From Octopus sinensis (lineage: Eukaryota): DNA of 64,000 bases. The notes under the pieces were generated by a model. That model was given only the letters and a program-made list of their open reading frames with translations, made no database searches and was not told the origin of the DNA. The position numbers and the translations under genes are program-made. Each line of letters starts with the position of its first letter. Positions within the stretch are counted from its first letter, which is position 1. The stretch lies in NCBI RefSeq assembly GCF_006345805.1, contig NC_043009.1, positions 25,110,001 to 25,174,000 of the forward strand. Reading direction: 5' to 3'. Of the stretch, positions 61,587 to 64,000 are shown piece after piece.

Positions 61587-62260
61587 TCTATTTATTTATT
61601 CATTTATTTATTTATTCATTTATTTATTTATTCATTTATTTATTCATTTTTCTTTGGGATTTTTTTTCAAGAAATTCTTTCTTTCATTCTTTTACCATTT
61701 TCGAAACCTTTTATATATTCCAGTATCTATTGATCTGTTAATTTATTTATCGATCGTCTTGTTTGTTTATTGATTTTTATCCCATCTCTTTTATAAACGC
61801 CCGTTTTTCTTGTTATTGTTGTTTTTCTATTTTTATGAGAAACAAAAACAAAAAAAATTTGCTACAATATTTTATTTTTATTTACATTTTTTAAAAAGAT
61901 TTGTATTTTCTTTATTGTTTCGCCAACATTTTTTCTTTCCCGACTTCTCTCTTTTAAGCTTATTCTTTTCCTTCTTTCTCTTTTTCTTTTCTTTTCTCTT
62001 TTCCTTCTATTCTTTTCCTTGGTCTCTGCTTTTCTTTTTGTTTTTCATTCATTTCTCTACGTTCGAGTCTTTCATTCCTTCTTTCAACCCTTCTTCCTTT
62101 CCTTCCTTTTTCTTTCTTTCTCTCACTCTTTCTTTCACTTAATATTTTCCTTTTGTTTCTTTTTCCTATTGATCTTTCTTCCTTTGTTTTTCATCCTTTC
62201 TCGTTCGTTTTTCTTCATTTTTGGGTCTTTCCTTCTTCCTTCCTAACTTTTCCTACTTGA
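61504..62260. repeat. (ATT)n/(ATTT)n followed by pyrimidine-rich tracts
   Basis: Direct observation. Confidence 0.85.
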
Positions 62261-62565
62261 TCTGGATTCTTCTTACCACCACACTTCACCTAACAGACTT
62301 CATCCTCGGTGAAGATTTCGGAGTGCAGGTTCAAATTATTCGAGCGCTACGAAGTGTTTTCTTTATTGAACATCTCTGGGTCCCATCTGCTGACTCATAT
62401 ATACATACATGCATGTATATATATATATATATTATATATATATTATATATATAATATATTATATATATATCTATGTATATATATGTATATATATAATATG
62501 TATTATATATATATTATATATACACACATATATATATATATCTATATATATATTATATATATATA

Positions 62566-62603
<38 letters not shown>

Positions 62604-62629
62604 ATATATATGCATACATGTATGTATAT

Positions 62630-62752
62630 GTTTGTGTGTCTGTGTTTGTTCCCTCAACATCGCTTGACAACGATGCTGGGGTGTTTACGCCCCCGTCCAT
62701 TGGCGGTTCGGCAAGAGAAACCGATAGAATAAGTACCAAAATAAAAGAATAA
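62630..62752 (+). mobile_element. SINE family A middle fragment
   Basis: gtttgttccctcaacatcgcttgacaacgatgctggggtgtttacg...ccgatagaataagtacc. Confidence 0.75.
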
Positions 62753-62990
62753 GAGATATATATATATGTGTGTGTGTGTGGTGTGTGTGTTTGTGTGTGT
62801 GTGCGCGTGTGTGTGTATATGTATACACACACGTATATATATTATATATATATATATACATATATATATAACATATATATATATATATAATATATATTAT
62901 ATATATATATATATATATACATATATACATATATACATATATACATATATACATATATACATATATATACATATAAGTTCCTGGGGATCG

Positions 62991-63034
<44 letters not shown>

Positions 63035-63044
63035 TAGGCGTATG

Positions 63045-63378
63045 CGTGGATGTGTGGTAAGAAGCTTGCTTCTCAACTCTATCAACTGGTGGAAGGAAAG
63101 TGAAAGAAGCCCGTCCTATATACATATATATATATGTATGTGTGTATGTGTGTGTGTGTATGTATCTATGTGTATAAAGCTCTGTGTCTCTATCCCCCCA
63201 CCCGCTTGGTAATCAGTGTTGCTGAGTTCACGTCCCCGTAACTTATCGGTTCGACAAAACAATGCGATAGACTAAACTTTAAAAAAAAGTTCCGGGAGAT
63301 CGATGTATTCAACAAAAACCCATCAAGGCGGTGCTCCAGCATGGTCGAAGTCAAATGCCTGAAACAAGCAAAAGATAA
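63045..63378 (+). mobile_element. SINE family A with a 5' internal deletion
   Basis: tgtgtggtaagaagcttgctt...gaaagaagcccgtc...aaggcggtgctccagcatggtcgaagtcaaatgcctgaaac. Confidence 0.85.
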
Positions 63379-63841
63379 AATATATACATATATACGCTTT
63401 ATTTCCACATTACTCTAATCCTTCTTTTTCTTTCCCTTTTTCTTTCTTTCTTTCTTTTTCTTTTTTATTCTCTCTGATTCATTCTCTTCGTCTTTCTTTC
63501 TCCACTTTTCCTTTACCTCCCCCCACCACTTTTTTCCTCACGCAATTTATTATATTTCAAATATTTTCAACATTTCTTTTACCCTTTCCTTATTCTCCCT
63601 CTCTCCCCTTTTCACTTTTCTCTTATTAACCACCCGCTGGAATACACGATCTCTTTCTTTGGTTTCTCTCATTACCATTCCTTGTCCCATTACATTCCTA
63701 CAACCAATTCATTCCAAAAATCTCGCAGGATTTTAGACATAACCAAAATTCTTTAAATTCAAATTAAAATTTTGTCACACAAGGAAAAAAAAACCGTTTT
63801 GGTCTTTCCTGACGTGCAAAAATTCCTGATAGTCGAGGATC

Positions 63842-63888
63842 TCTTTTACTTGTTTCAGTTATTTGACTGCGGCCATGCTGGAGCACCA
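63842..63888 (-). mobile_element. Isolated SINE A/LINE-type 3' tail
   Basis: cttttacttgtttcagttatttgactgcggccatgctggagcacc. Confidence 0.75.
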
Positions 63889-64000
63889 ATCTGTGTAAAA
63901 CAACTACAGTTACATTATTGGTTATTCCAAGACGGCTTTTGATATTGCAGGCGAGGAATTTTTCACTTGGCACCCTCAAGTTATACAGAATTTGCACTAG

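Overview
Repeat-saturated, AT-rich animal genomic DNA (intronic or intergenic). It is most likely from an octopus, inferred from the style of the tRNA-derived SINE families and the extreme microsatellite density; no database check was possible. No host protein-coding gene can be called with confidence, and nearly all long ORFs in the track are microsatellite read-throughs. Contents: about 35 copies of three tRNA-derived SINE families (called A, B and C here); a decayed 3.35-kb CR1/L2-type LINE whose 3' tail matches the SINE A tail; two restriction-like-endonuclease (R4/Dong-type) LINE fragments next to (TAA)n; a Tc1 element with perfect 32-bp TIRs; two mariner relics; Helitron-type non-autonomous elements; a Penelope-like GIY-YIG fragment; a 4.2-kb satellite of a 34-bp palindromic A-tract unit with a 623-bp higher-order duplication; a 3.15 x ~830-bp tandem array; and a 1.5-kb polypurine tract. 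The most interesting signal is a set of seven type I hammerhead-ribozyme-like motifs (about six unrelated sequence contexts) in short elements lying mostly beside TA-rich microsatellites. The best two sit in opposite orientation inside a 1.15-kb inverted-duplication structure at 55250-56401. All coordinates were read by eye, and repeat boundaries are approximate.
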